From: Bacilli bacterium
GTDB taxonomy: Bacteria > Bacillota_I > Bacilli_A > ML615J-28 > CAG-698
Direction: 5' to 3'
NCBI GenBank assembly: GCA_035270985.1
Contig: DATESD010000171.1
Span: 1-24,000, forward strand
Length of the DNA: 24,000 bases
Both the position numbers and the translations under genes were made by a program. The notes below the pieces were generated by a model. The model saw only the letters and a list, made by a program, of their open reading frames with translations, had not been told where the DNA came from and made no database searches. Numbering within the stretch: position 1 is the first letter of the stretch; every line of letters starts with the position of its first letter. Of this stretch, positions 8,842 through 18,378 are shown piece after piece.

Positions 8842-11281
8842 TATAACTAAAAAAATTAATGCATTTGTTGATGAAAAGATTTTGAATGAAAATCTCGAAG
8901 ACATTGTTGGCGAAAGGTTTGCCCGCTATGCTAAATATATTATTCAAGATCGTGCTCTCCCCGATGTCCGTGATGGCTTAAAACCAGTCCAAAGAAGAAT
9001 TCTTTTTGCGATGTATAAACTTGGGCTTTTTAGTAATAAGCCTTACAAAAAATCGGCGCGAATTGTCGGTGATGTAATTGGTAAATACCATCCTCATGGA
9101 GATACTGCTGTTTATGAAGCGATGGTGAGATTATCACAAGACTTTAAAATGCGATTACCACTAGTTGATATGCATGGTAATAATGGTAGTATTGATGGTG
9201 ATTCACCAGCAGCTATGCGTTATACTGAAGCAAGATTATCAAAATATGCGGAATCATTACTTCAAGATATAAATAAAAAAACAGTAGGTTTTATTCCAAA
9301 TTTTGACGACGAGGAATACGAACCAACAGTTTTACCAGCAAAATTTCCTAATCTCCTTGTAAATGGGTCGACCGGCATATCAGCGGGATATGCTACTGAT
9401 ATTCCTCCTCACAATATTGATGAGATTATTAATGCCGTTATCTACCGGATGAATAACCCTGAATGTAGTTTAAAAGAGATTATGAATATTGTTAAAGGCC
9501 CTGATTTTCCGACTGGTGGGATTGTCCAAGGAATTGAAGGAATAAAAAGTGCTTATAAGAATGGCCGCGGCAAAATTATTGTTAAGTCGAAAACGGAAAT
9601 TATTGAAGAAAAGAATATGTTTAAATTAGTTATTACTGAGATTCCCTATGAAGTTAATAAATCAGTACTAGTTAAAAAAATGACTGATGTTGTTGAAGCT
9701 AAAAACGTCGATGGTGTTATTGATATTCGTGATGAGAGTGGTCGTGACGGACTACGAATTGTCGTTGATATTAAAAAAGACATTAACCCTGAATTCATCC
9801 GTAATTTCTTCTTTAAATCAACTGATTTACAAGTGAACTATAATTTCAATGTGATAGCTATCGCTAATAAACGACCAACGCAAATGAGTTTAATCGAAAT
9901 TATCGATGCTTATATCGCTCATCAAAGAGAAATTGTTACTAATAAAAGCAATTATGAACTGCATAATGCAAAAAAGAGATTGCATATAGTCGAAGGTTTG
10001 ATTTCAATGATTTCGATTTTAGATGCCGTAATTAAAACGATTCGTTTTTCGGCGAACAAGAAAGATGCTAAAGAAAACCTCGTTTCAACGTATGAATTTT
10101 CCGAAGAACAAGCGGAAGCAATTGTTATGTTGCAACTTTATAAGTTAACTAACACTGATATATATGCTTTGCAAAAAGAAAAAGAAGATTTAAATCATAG
10201 TGTTGAACAATTAAACGATATTTTATCTAATGAGTCTTCATTGCTGTCGGTTATAAAAAACGAATTACTAACGACCCTAACAGAACTATCTTCACCACGA
10301 AAAACTGTTATTGAACATAAAATTGATGAAGTTAAAGTTGAAGTCAAAGAACTAATAGCCAAGGAAGATGCGATTCTTTTAATAACTCGTGATTGTTATA
10401 TTAAAAGAATGACACCGAAAAACTACGCTATCGAAGAAGAAACGAAGCTTAAAGATAATGATATTATTATCGCAAAATACGATGTCACGACGCTTGATAC
10501 TTTGCTGTTATTCACTAACCAAGGTAATTATGTATATTTGCCAGTGCAAAACATTCCTGATGTTAAACATAAAGATTTGGGGCGCAATGTCAGTACCCTA
10601 GCTTCAATTGCCGCTGATGAAAAAGTAATCTTCACAGTTGCCATTGATGACTTTAATGCTGATCGCTATCTTTTGTTTACTACTAAAAATGGTTTGACGA
10701 AGCGAACACATATTCGTAATTTGAACGCTGAGCGATATTCTCGTGCTTTAAAAGCAACAAAGATTCGTGATAATGATGAATTAGTTAGTGTTGATATTTG
10801 CCACGGTGATGAAAATGAAGTTGTCATGGTAACGAAACTAGGATTTATAAATCGCTATAACGCTAATGAAATTAGTTTATTTGCTCCCGCCTCTTTTGGT
10901 GTCAAAGCTTTAGAGATGAAGGGTAGACCTGATGACGAGGTCGTAGCAGGCCATTACATAGATAGCAAAGATACAATTATGTTGTTGAATCAAAAAGGCG
11001 TAATTAAAAAGATGAAGCCAAGTGATATTACTAAAGGCAAGAAAAATCATGTAGGTCGTCAATACGTTGCAATCGCAAAAAAGAATCCGGTTTATGTTGT
11101 CGATTGTGAAATCATTCATAAAAACAATGCTGATTTTAGTAATGACAATATCTTTATCGAAGGTACTGAGGGATTAACAGGACTAAATTCAGCCGGCAAA
11201 ACAAGCCCTAAAATAGGGGACATAGGTAGTGTAACAAAAATAATAATGGCGCGCAACAATAGCGATTTCGCTAAGGATTAG
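8825..11281 (+). CDS. parC: DNA topoisomerase IV subunit A (ParC)
   Basis: [85 protein letters not shown]; overlaps parE by 17 nt. Confidence 0.94.
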   Translation: MAKKSSITKKINAFVDEKILNENLEDIVGERFARYAKYIIQDRALPDVRDGLKPVQRRILFAMYKLGLFSNKPYKKSARIVGDVIGKYHPHGDTAVYEAMVRLSQDFKMRLPLVDMHGNNGSIDGDSPAAMRYTEARLSKYAESLLQDINKKTVGFIPNFDDEEYEPTVLPAKFPNLLVNGSTGISAGYATDIPPHNIDEIINAVIYRMNNPECSLKEIMNIVKGPDFPTGGIVQGIEGIKSAYKNGRGKIIVKSKTEIIEEKNMFKLVITEIPYEVNKSVLVKKMTDVVEAKNVDGVIDIRDESGRDGLRIVVDIKKDINPEFIRNFFFKSTDLQVNYNFNVIAIANKRPTQMSLIEIIDAYIAHQREIVTNKSNYELHNAKKRLHIVEGLISMISILDAVIKTIRFSANKKDAKENLVSTYEFSEEQAEAIVMLQLYKLTNTDIYALQKEKEDLNHSVEQLNDILSNESSLLSVIKNELLTTLTELSSPRKTVIEHKIDEVKVEVKELIAKEDAILLITRDCYIKRMTPKNYAIEEETKLKDNDIIIAKYDVTTLDTLLLFTNQGNYVYLPVQNIPDVKHKDLGRNVSTLASIAADEKVIFTVAIDDFNADRYLLFTTKNGLTKRTHIRNLNAERYSRALKATKIRDNDELVSVDICHGDENEVVMVTKLGFINRYNANEISLFAPASFGVKALEMKGRPDDEVVAGHYIDSKDTIMLLNQKGVIKKMKPSDITKGKKNHVGRQYVAIAKKNPVYVVDCEIIHKNNADFSNDNIFIEGTEGLTGLNSAGKTSPKIGDIGSVTKIIMARNNSDFAKD

Positions 11282-11291
11282 AGGTGCTTTT

Positions 11292-12323
11292 ATGAGTTGT
11301 ATAAAAAATATTAATAGATTTTTAATCCCCAATGATGTGATTGTTGTTCTAGGTGAGATTTACAGGTATATTGGAAATTCCAAACGCTATAACGAAGTCG
11401 TGGGCGGTGATAAGGAAAGAGTAATCGAACAAACAGTTGAGCGTGATGCATATTTCCTGGGATCTTTGATAAAACTTGATATCAGCGATATGCGTAGCCG
11501 TCTTATTATTACTAAGGATTCTAGTCCGCGTAATAAAGAAGAAACAACCTTGTATAATCTTAAAGATATGTTGATGACTTTACAAAAAAGACCTAAACAA
11601 TTTGGAATTCAAAGTAATGATATTTTAAATATTATCAATTTTGTCTTTTCTCACGCTAATAATCCGATAAAATTTGATTACGCGACGACAGAAAAGAAGT
11701 CTATCTTGCAAAGCCAGAACATGAAAAGCAAGAGATTAATTATTGATGAAATTACGGAAGATATTAACACGCTATTACAAAATAATAGCTTTGAAAAGAT
11801 CACGCTTTACTTGCATTACTTTATCGATTTTTATAACATAAAACCCTTTACTGCACAAAATGAATTAGCAAGTTTGTTGTTGCTGTATTTATTGATAATT
11901 AAGACAGATGTTGAAGCGTTTAAATATGTTAGTTTTTTCCAATTGGTTAAAGAAGATTACCATAATTTCCAAACGGAACTACTTAATGCAAGTTTTAACT
12001 GGCAAGAGGGGTATTCGCAATCGCTTGGTTTTATTCGTTATATGGAAAAATTAATTTTAAAAGGATATACACGAACAGAAGAAATTATCAAAAATTATAA
12101 ATTTGATCAAAAGTTAAATAAAATTGATAATATTGAACGAACAATTAGCAATATGAAAGAAGTATTTGCTAAAGAAGAAATCAGAGTAATTCACCCCTAC
12201 GTCAGCGAGTCAACGATCAATAGGGCTTTAATCAATCTTCGCGATGGTGGTTATATTAAGCCAATTGGCAAAGGCCGGAGCGCAAAGTGGATGAAAGTCG
12301 CACGAGGTTATAATAATGACTAA
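11292..12323 (+). CDS. Fic-family-derived protein with C-terminal winged helix; HPFxxGNGR catalytic motif and (S/T)xxxE(G/N) inhibitory motif both absent (putative pseudo-Fic)
   Basis: Collinear with remembered clostridial Fic/wHTH proteins: SPRNKEE...YNLKDML (vs EPRNRNEKEIAGYREVL), DFYNIKPFTAQNELASLLLLYLLI (vs DFLCIHPFNDGNGRMSRLLTLLLL), FKYVSF..LVKEDYHNFQTELLNASFNWQEG (vs GKYIS...TYYEVLQASS.NWHEG), VSESTINRALINLRDGGYIKPIGKGRSAKWMK (wHTH). Confidence 0.65.
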   Translation: MSCIKNINRFLIPNDVIVVLGEIYRYIGNSKRYNEVVGGDKERVIEQTVERDAYFLGSLIKLDISDMRSRLIITKDSSPRNKEETTLYNLKDMLMTLQKRPKQFGIQSNDILNIINFVFSHANNPIKFDYATTEKKSILQSQNMKSKRLIIDEITEDINTLLQNNSFEKITLYLHYFIDFYNIKPFTAQNELASLLLLYLLIIKTDVEAFKYVSFFQLVKEDYHNFQTELLNASFNWQEGYSQSLGFIRYMEKLILKGYTRTEEIIKNYKFDQKLNKIDNIERTISNMKEVFAKEEIRVIHPYVSESTINRALINLRDGGYIKPIGKGRSAKWMKVARGYNND

Positions 12324-13104
12324 AGCTAATTATCATACTCACACGTATTTATGTGGTCACGCCGAAGGCTTGCCTATTGATTATGTTAAAAAAGCAATTG
12401 AACTAGGCCTTGAACATATTGGCATATCTGATCATGGTTATTTAAAAAGCAGATGGACAGAAAGAATGAATCTTGATTCCTACCAAAACATTTACTTAAA
12501 AAACATCGATGAAGCTATCGAAAAATATGGTGCTAAAATCAAAATTTTTAAAGGCTTAGAATTAGAATATCTTGAAGGATATGATGATTTATACAAACGT
12601 TATTTTAAAGAAAATGATTATTTAATGTTAGGCCAACATATTGTTGAAGTTGACCATGTAGATTTTGATTTATATAAACCAATGAATGATAAGTTAATTA
12701 TTGCTTACAAAAATGCAGTTATAAAAGGGATGGAAAGTGGTTATTTTAAAATTCTAGCTCATCCTGATTTATATATGCTGAGATACTTAGAATGGAATGA
12801 CTTAACAGAAGCGATTGCTATTGCAATTACCGAAAGTGCGATAAAAAATGATGTTTATTTAGAAATAAATAGCAATGGCACGCGAAGAACAGCGACATAT
12901 ACAAATGATCTAGAATTAACGTGGCTATATCCACGCTTAGAATTTTGGCGAATTGTCAGTCGCTATCCAGAAGCGAAGGTAATTGTCGGCGACGATGCTC
13001 ATTATTTAGATCACCTTCATGATCTAGCCGTGAAAAATGCAATCTTGTTTGCCCAAAAATTGGGAATAAAATTACATGATAAGATTCTATCGGTGCTAGA
13101 ATGA
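12316..13104 (+). CDS. PHP-domain phosphoesterase, histidinol-phosphatase (HisJ/HisK)-like
   Basis: NYHTHTYLCGHAEGLPIDYVKKAIELGLEHIGISDHGYL, KGLELEYL, ILAHPDLY, GDDAHYLDHL metal-binding motifs. Overlaps the preceding gene by 8 nt. Confidence 0.85.
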   Translation: MTKANYHTHTYLCGHAEGLPIDYVKKAIELGLEHIGISDHGYLKSRWTERMNLDSYQNIYLKNIDEAIEKYGAKIKIFKGLELEYLEGYDDLYKRYFKENDYLMLGQHIVEVDHVDFDLYKPMNDKLIIAYKNAVIKGMESGYFKILAHPDLYMLRYLEWNDLTEAIAIAITESAIKNDVYLEINSNGTRRTATYTNDLELTWLYPRLEFWRIVSRYPEAKVIVGDDAHYLDHLHDLAVKNAILFAQKLGIKLHDKILSVLE

Positions 13105-13880
13105 ACCGGAAAAGATTTGTTTATTGGTTAATTAGCATTATTGTTACGTTGGCCTTAATAATTTATATTTGGTTTTCTGATGATGAATACTATATGTTTT
13201 ACACATTATTAGGCATGGGATTGATTTTCCCTAACTTCACATTTAAAAAAATAGAAAAGCGAAAATTAATGGAAATTATTGTTGATTATTCACAAACGGG
13301 GAATGTTAAAAAGTATCTTGATTCTTTAAGCCTTTTCAACAAGAAAATGGTAAAAAATAAAAAAAATAAATATTTTGATTTAATATCATATGCCCATGCT
13401 TATATGGATATGGGTAACTTTGAAGGGGCAAAAGATATTTTAGATAAATTAGTTGAAGAAGAACCAAGGTTTACAAGTTTAATTCGCTTTTTCTATTATC
13501 GAGCGTGGATAAATTATTTCCTAAATTACGGTTTAGATGGTGAAGCTAAAAAACTTTTAGATCAGTTAAAAGCGATGATTGAGTTAGCAGCTCCACAGCT
13601 TAGACAGCAATACATTATTAATTATCAAATTTTGGTGGCGAAATATAATATTCGTTGTGATGTCCTACTAATTGAAACAAAAGCAACATTGAAACAAATA
13701 ATCGATGCTAATCCGACGCCTTTAATGACAGCATCGACTAGTTACTACGTTGGAATTATCGAATATAAACTAGGCAATTTTAGCGAAGCTAAAAGCATCT
13801 TTAATGAGGTCGCTAAATTTAATGAACAGCTCCATTTTGTTGTTAAAGCAAAAGAATATTTACATAGATTATCAGAATAG
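13101..13880 (+). CDS. Membrane-anchored protein with TPR-like repeats, function unknown
   Basis: Two N-terminal hydrophobic segments; repeats such as FDLISYAHAYMDMGNFEGAKDILDKLVEEEP and ASTSYYVGIIEYKLGNFSEAKSIFNEVAKFN; overlaps PHP gene by 4 nt. Confidence 0.6.
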   Translation: MNRKRFVYWLISIIVTLALIIYIWFSDDEYYMFYTLLGMGLIFPNFTFKKIEKRKLMEIIVDYSQTGNVKKYLDSLSLFNKKMVKNKKNKYFDLISYAHAYMDMGNFEGAKDILDKLVEEEPRFTSLIRFFYYRAWINYFLNYGLDGEAKKLLDQLKAMIELAAPQLRQQYIINYQILVAKYNIRCDVLLIETKATLKQIIDANPTPLMTASTSYYVGIIEYKLGNFSEAKSIFNEVAKFNEQLHFVVKAKEYLHRLSE

Positions 13881-13908
13881 AGCACTGAATAAAAGTGCTT
13901 TTTTAAGG
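13880..13908 (+). terminator. Intrinsic terminator of the parE-parC operon
   Basis: AGCACT-GAATAAA-AGTGCT followed by TTTTTT. Confidence 0.8.
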
Positions 13909-13913
13909 TAAAA

Positions 13914-13942
13914 TTGACTTTTTATGCGATTTTTATTATAAT
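13914..13942 (+). promoter_or_regulatory. SigA-type promoter for the two-component/binding-protein operon
   Basis: TTGACT (13914-13919), 17 nt spacer, TATAAT (13937-13942). Confidence 0.75.
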
Positions 13943-13971
13943 AATAGTAAGTAATGACGAAGAGGTGTTTT

Positions 13972-15561
13972 ATGTATAAATTGATACTTGTAGACGATGA
14001 ACAAGATGTACGCAATAGAATTATTGCCTCAATTCAGAAAATTGATAGTGGGTTTGAAGTTATTGCCAATTATGACAATAGTTTAGATGCTTTTGAGGGT
14101 ATAATTCAGCTGAATCCAGATTTGGTTGTTACAGACATAAGAATGCCATTTATGACGGGGATTGAACTTTTGAAGAAAATCAAGGAAAGCCTACCTTTGA
14201 TTAAATCAATTATTATCACAGGCTTTGATGAATTTGATTATGCGAGACAGGCGATTGATTTAGGAGTTTCTGGCTTCCTAACTAAGCCGATTACAATGAC
14301 TGATTTAGAAGAAGTTTTGCGGAAAGCAAAAGAAGATCTCGATGAAGAGTTCCAGCGAAATACTAACCTGGAGAACATGGAAAACTTTATTAAAGAATCG
14401 TTGCCCTTGATTAAAGAAAATAATTTGCAAAGATTGATATCCTTATCTAATCCAGAAAAAAAATTCTTAAAAAAATTAGAAGGTAACGGTATATTTTTAA
14501 ATTATAAATACCATTTAGTTACTGTTATGGATATGGACTTAGATTTAGAAAATACTAACATCGAAAAATATGAGATGAATTTTCTTGCTGTTAAAAAGTT
14601 TATTGATGAAGGCTTACAAAATTACTTTTACCATGAGACATTTACTAAAAATGATGAAATAGTTACGATTATTAAATCTAATGATGCTATAACAATGAAG
14701 CAAGTAGAACATTGTTTTGAATATGTCTTGATGAAAACGAAGAAGTTCCTCGAGTTTACAATCAGTGTCGGCATTAGTAATTCATCTACGCATAAAAACT
14801 TTAAAGAAATGTATCGTGAAGCTCAATCTGCTCTCGAATTGCGTTCAATAATGGGTGGGAATGAGATCTATTTTGTGAGCAATATTGATAGCAATTATCG
14901 AAAAGTCCGGATGATTGATGATGATGAATTAAAGGAATTGAGTTATGCAATTAAGTACCGCACAGGAAGTGAAACAAAAGCTTTATTAATGTCGCTTAAG
15001 GAAAAAATTGCTAAACCAGAATACATCATATATAACCCTTTTAATCTATCTAACATTTTAAACTCTATTGTAAAGTCATGTGATGACTTGGATATTTTCT
15101 ATGGAGAAAGTAAAATGTCTTTTTATGAAAGATTATTTGAAATGAAAACCTTAGATGAAACATTTAATTGGTTTGAAAGTTTAATCGGTAAAATTAAAAC
15201 GATTAACCAAAACACTATAGCTGACAGTATCCAAAGAAATTTAAATAAAATTACTAATTATATTGATTCTCATTACACTGATAATGATTTAAGTTTAGAA
15301 TTTTTATCAGATAAAGTAAATATAAGTATTAGTTATATAAGTGCTATTTTGAAAAAAGAGCAAAACACAACTTTTGTAAAATATGTAACATATTTGCGAA
15401 TGGAAAAAGCTAAAGAACTTTTACAAAATCCTAACATGAAAATAGTAGATGTTGCTGAGGCAGTAGGGTATAGTGAGCCTTATTATTTCAGCCATAGTTT
15501 TAAAAAATATCAGGGCGTGTCCCCGAAAGAGTATCGTACGAGTGAAAGTACGGAAAAATAA
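13972..15561 (+). CDS. Response regulator, YesN type (REC + AraC-family HTH)
   Basis: MYKLILVDDEQDVR, VVTDIRMPFMTG phospho-acceptor, C-terminal DLSLEFLSDKVNISISYISAILKKEQNTTFVKYVTYLRMEKAKELL...VAEAVGYSEPYYFSHSFKKYQGVSPKEYR. ATG 13972 preceded by GAGGTG; track start 13954 less likely. Confidence 0.95.
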   Translation: MYKLILVDDEQDVRNRIIASIQKIDSGFEVIANYDNSLDAFEGIIQLNPDLVVTDIRMPFMTGIELLKKIKESLPLIKSIIITGFDEFDYARQAIDLGVSGFLTKPITMTDLEEVLRKAKEDLDEEFQRNTNLENMENFIKESLPLIKENNLQRLISLSNPEKKFLKKLEGNGIFLNYKYHLVTVMDMDLDLENTNIEKYEMNFLAVKKFIDEGLQNYFYHETFTKNDEIVTIIKSNDAITMKQVEHCFEYVLMKTKKFLEFTISVGISNSSTHKNFKEMYREAQSALELRSIMGGNEIYFVSNIDSNYRKVRMIDDDELKELSYAIKYRTGSETKALLMSLKEKIAKPEYIIYNPFNLSNILNSIVKSCDDLDIFYGESKMSFYERLFEMKTLDETFNWFESLIGKIKTINQNTIADSIQRNLNKITNYIDSHYTDNDLSLEFLSDKVNISISYISAILKKEQNTTFVKYVTYLRMEKAKELLQNPNMKIVDVAEAVGYSEPYYFSHSFKKYQGVSPKEYRTSESTEK

Positions 15562-17278
15562 TTTTTTAAACAAAAAAAGATCGATAGAGTTTAATATTCT
15601 CGTTTCTTGTCTATCGATTATGGTGGGATTTTCTTTGCTGTTAAGCTTATTGTCACTAAATAGCTTTTCTGAATTTGTCCAAAATACTTCTGAAGCCCAA
15701 ACAAAAGAAATTAGCCGACAAATTGTTCATAATTATGATAATTACATTTCAACAATCATTGATGCCTATAACGGTATTCAAGTAAAAATTGACAACTTAG
15801 ATGTTAAGGCTAGTGCTGAAGTGACTAGAGGTTATCTTGAAGATTTCTTGTTATTTAAAACCGATATTACCGACATTTCTTTGTTTTCTCTTGATGGTGT
15901 ACTCTATGGATCAACAACTACAACTATTTATAATCCAGGCTTGGTAATCCAACAAGCTTGGTTTGAACGGGCTGTCAATGAGCCATCATTAGTCTTTTTC
16001 TCAAATCCTTATATTGTCGATGGTGATTTCCGTATTTTAGTCAGCAAAGTAGTTAAACATAATCGGGGAACTGAAAAAGCTTTGATGATGATGGAATTAG
16101 ACTCGAGTCCGATAATTAACCTTGCTGAAAGTGCGAATTTAGGCAAAGAAGGGCGAATATTACTGCTAGACAGCGATTATAACAATATTTATTCGTCGAT
16201 AAACGATAAAGAACTAAGTAAAGCTATTCGGACCGTCAAAGAAATTATTATTGGTTCTGGTAAGGCACACCTTAATAGCTATGATATGGATGTCAATGTT
16301 GACACACTAACAAATACTAAATGGAAAATTGCTGTTTTTATTAATATTGATAACACAAAAGCTGTTCAAGAAAATTATATTTTTATTATCATCATTATTG
16401 GTCTATTTATGGTAGTGGCTGCGGTTACGATTATTGGGTTTACTTCCCGAAGAATTGCCAATCCATTAAAGGTTTTAGAAAAATCGATGAAGAAAATTGA
16501 ACAAGCAGACTTTTTAATCATCGAACCCGTCGAAGAAGGTTCGCAAAAAGAAGTAGCAAGCCTTAGTAATAGCTTTAACTTGATGATGGCCCGAATCAAA
16601 GAGCTGATGGACCGAATTATTGTTGAACAAAATGCTCAACGTGAAAGCGAGTTAAAAGCGTTACAAAGTCAAATAAATCCTCATTTTCTATACAATACTT
16701 TGGATTCGATAGTTTGGTTAATTGAAAACGATAAAAACACTGATGCCTCGCAAATGGTTGTGGCGCTCGCAAAATTATTTAGAATAAGTATTTCGCGCGG
16801 GAGAAATATAATTACTATCAAGGATGAATTAGAACACGCTCGTAGTTACTTAATTATTCAAAGATTTCGCTATTCCGATTCTTTTAAATATGAATTTGAT
16901 GTCGATGAAGAAGTGCTAGAATACACTACAATGAAACTTATCTTACAGCCTTTAATAGAAAATGCTATCTATCATGGCTTAAAAAATATAATTGATGAAG
17001 GCTTTATTAAAATAGGCGCTCATCGCGAACAAGATAATGTTGTTTTTACGGTAACAGACAATGGCTATGGCCTAAAAAAAGAGAAGATCGAGCAATTATA
17101 CACTAATTTTAAAAATCCTCACCTAAATGATGGCGTTGGATTGAAAAATGTATATTTAAGATTAGTATTATATTATGGTAAGGCGGCAGATTTGCAAATT
17201 GAAAGCGAACTTGATGAAGGAACAACCATAAAAATAATAATACCAATAAAAAGGAGTGAGCAGAATGTTGAGAATTAA
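15542..17278 (+). CDS. Sensor histidine kinase, YesM/LytS type (extracytoplasmic Cache-like region, HAMP, His_kinase, HATPase_c); start uncertain
   Basis: Two TM segments bracketing about 240 aa; HAMP; ALQSQINPHFLYNTLDSIVWLIE; LILQPLIENAIYHGL; DNGYGLKKEKI; DGVGLKNVYLRL. In-frame GTG at 15542 more plausible than 15473. Confidence 0.92.
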   Translation: MKVRKNNFLNKKRSIEFNILVSCLSIMVGFSLLLSLLSLNSFSEFVQNTSEAQTKEISRQIVHNYDNYISTIIDAYNGIQVKIDNLDVKASAEVTRGYLEDFLLFKTDITDISLFSLDGVLYGSTTTTIYNPGLVIQQAWFERAVNEPSLVFFSNPYIVDGDFRILVSKVVKHNRGTEKALMMMELDSSPIINLAESANLGKEGRILLLDSDYNNIYSSINDKELSKAIRTVKEIIIGSGKAHLNSYDMDVNVDTLTNTKWKIAVFINIDNTKAVQENYIFIIIIIGLFMVVAAVTIIGFTSRRIANPLKVLEKSMKKIEQADFLIIEPVEEGSQKEVASLSNSFNLMMARIKELMDRIIVEQNAQRESELKALQSQINPHFLYNTLDSIVWLIENDKNTDASQMVVALAKLFRISISRGRNIITIKDELEHARSYLIIQRFRYSDSFKYEFDVDEEVLEYTTMKLILQPLIENAIYHGLKNIIDEGFIKIGAHREQDNVVFTVTDNGYGLKKEKIEQLYTNFKNPHLNDGVGLKNVYLRLVLYYGKAADLQIESELDEGTTIKIIIPIKRSEQNVEN

Positions 17279-18326
17279 AAAAGCATTACTACTTATTGCA
17301 TTTTTATTAATTTCTCTAGTTACTGTTAGTTGCAAGAAAAACACGGTGCAAATAGGTGTTTTAGTTTATAGTGAGTCTGATGCTAAAATAAGTGAAATAA
17401 TAGAATATGTTAAAACAAATATAAATTCCGAATATGAATTGTTGATTAAATATGCTAATCAATCACAGTCAGTGCAAAACGATCAATTCTTAGAAATGCT
17501 AGACTTGAAAGTTGATTTAATTCTCGTTAATTTGGTTGATAGATTGGTCGCTAACACGTTTGTTGAGAAAAGCAACATAACTAATACTCCTTTAATTTTC
17601 TTCGATCGTGAGCCATTATACGAGGATTTATTGCGAGGAGATGCTGCTTATTATGTAGGTTCAGACTCGAAAGGCTTCGGAATATTGCAGGCGCGAATGT
17701 TGAAAACAGTGTCAGGATCTGCGTATGATCCAATTAGAGCCGTTGATAAAAACAATGATGGTATATTGCAAATTGTATTTATGAAGGGTGAGCAAGGCCA
17801 CCAATTAACTGAATATATTACGGATACATGTATTTCAGAAATCCTTGCTAAGCAATATAAAATAGACGTTTTGACGATGGAATTCACTGATTGGCGCCGA
17901 GAAACAGCTAAAGAAAAAATGGCTAAAATTTATAAGAAATATGGAAATAGTATTGAAGTTGTCATTGCTAACAGCGATGAATTAGCTTTAGGAGTAATTG
18001 ATTTTGTTATCGAGAAAAACTTGAAATTAGTTTCCTCAGGAAATAAAGAATTCATGCCGTTTGAAATTATCGGGGCGACCGCCAATGAAGAGAGCATCGC
18101 CGCAATAAAAAAAGGTTTTATATATGGTAGTGTTATTGACGATCATATTGCCAAAGCAAAAGTTATCATATCGCTAGTTGAATTTTTACTTTATAAAAAG
18201 CCGGGAGATGTATTTTCGATTACAGAATGCGAAGAGGGAATCGACAAGGACAATATTTGCGCGGAAAATAACCTTATGATTTACATATCGGGTGAAGAAA
18301 TTAGTAAAAAGACTTTGAACAAATAA
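17265..18326 (+). CDS. Periplasmic-type (MglB-like) sugar-binding lipoprotein, probable sensory binding protein
   Basis: ATG 17265, 8 nt after AAGGAG; lipobox-like LVTVSC; DKNNDGILQIVFMKGEQGH, IEVVIANSDELALGVI, GSVIDD resemble galactose-binding protein; overlaps the kinase gene by 14 nt. Confidence 0.85.
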   Translation: MLRIKKALLLIAFLLISLVTVSCKKNTVQIGVLVYSESDAKISEIIEYVKTNINSEYELLIKYANQSQSVQNDQFLEMLDLKVDLILVNLVDRLVANTFVEKSNITNTPLIFFDREPLYEDLLRGDAAYYVGSDSKGFGILQARMLKTVSGSAYDPIRAVDKNNDGILQIVFMKGEQGHQLTEYITDTCISEILAKQYKIDVLTMEFTDWRRETAKEKMAKIYKKYGNSIEVVIANSDELALGVIDFVIEKNLKLVSSGNKEFMPFEIIGATANEESIAAIKKGFIYGSVIDDHIAKAKVIISLVEFLLYKKPGDVFSITECEEGIDKDNICAENNLMIYISGEEISKKTLNK

Positions 18327-18344
18327 TTCGAATAAACAAAAGAT

Positions 18345-18378
18345 AAACCACCTTGTTCTAATGAAGGGTGGTTTTTTT
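18345..18378 (+). terminator. Intrinsic terminator
   Basis: AACCACC ... GGGTGGTT followed by TTTTTT. Confidence 0.85.
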
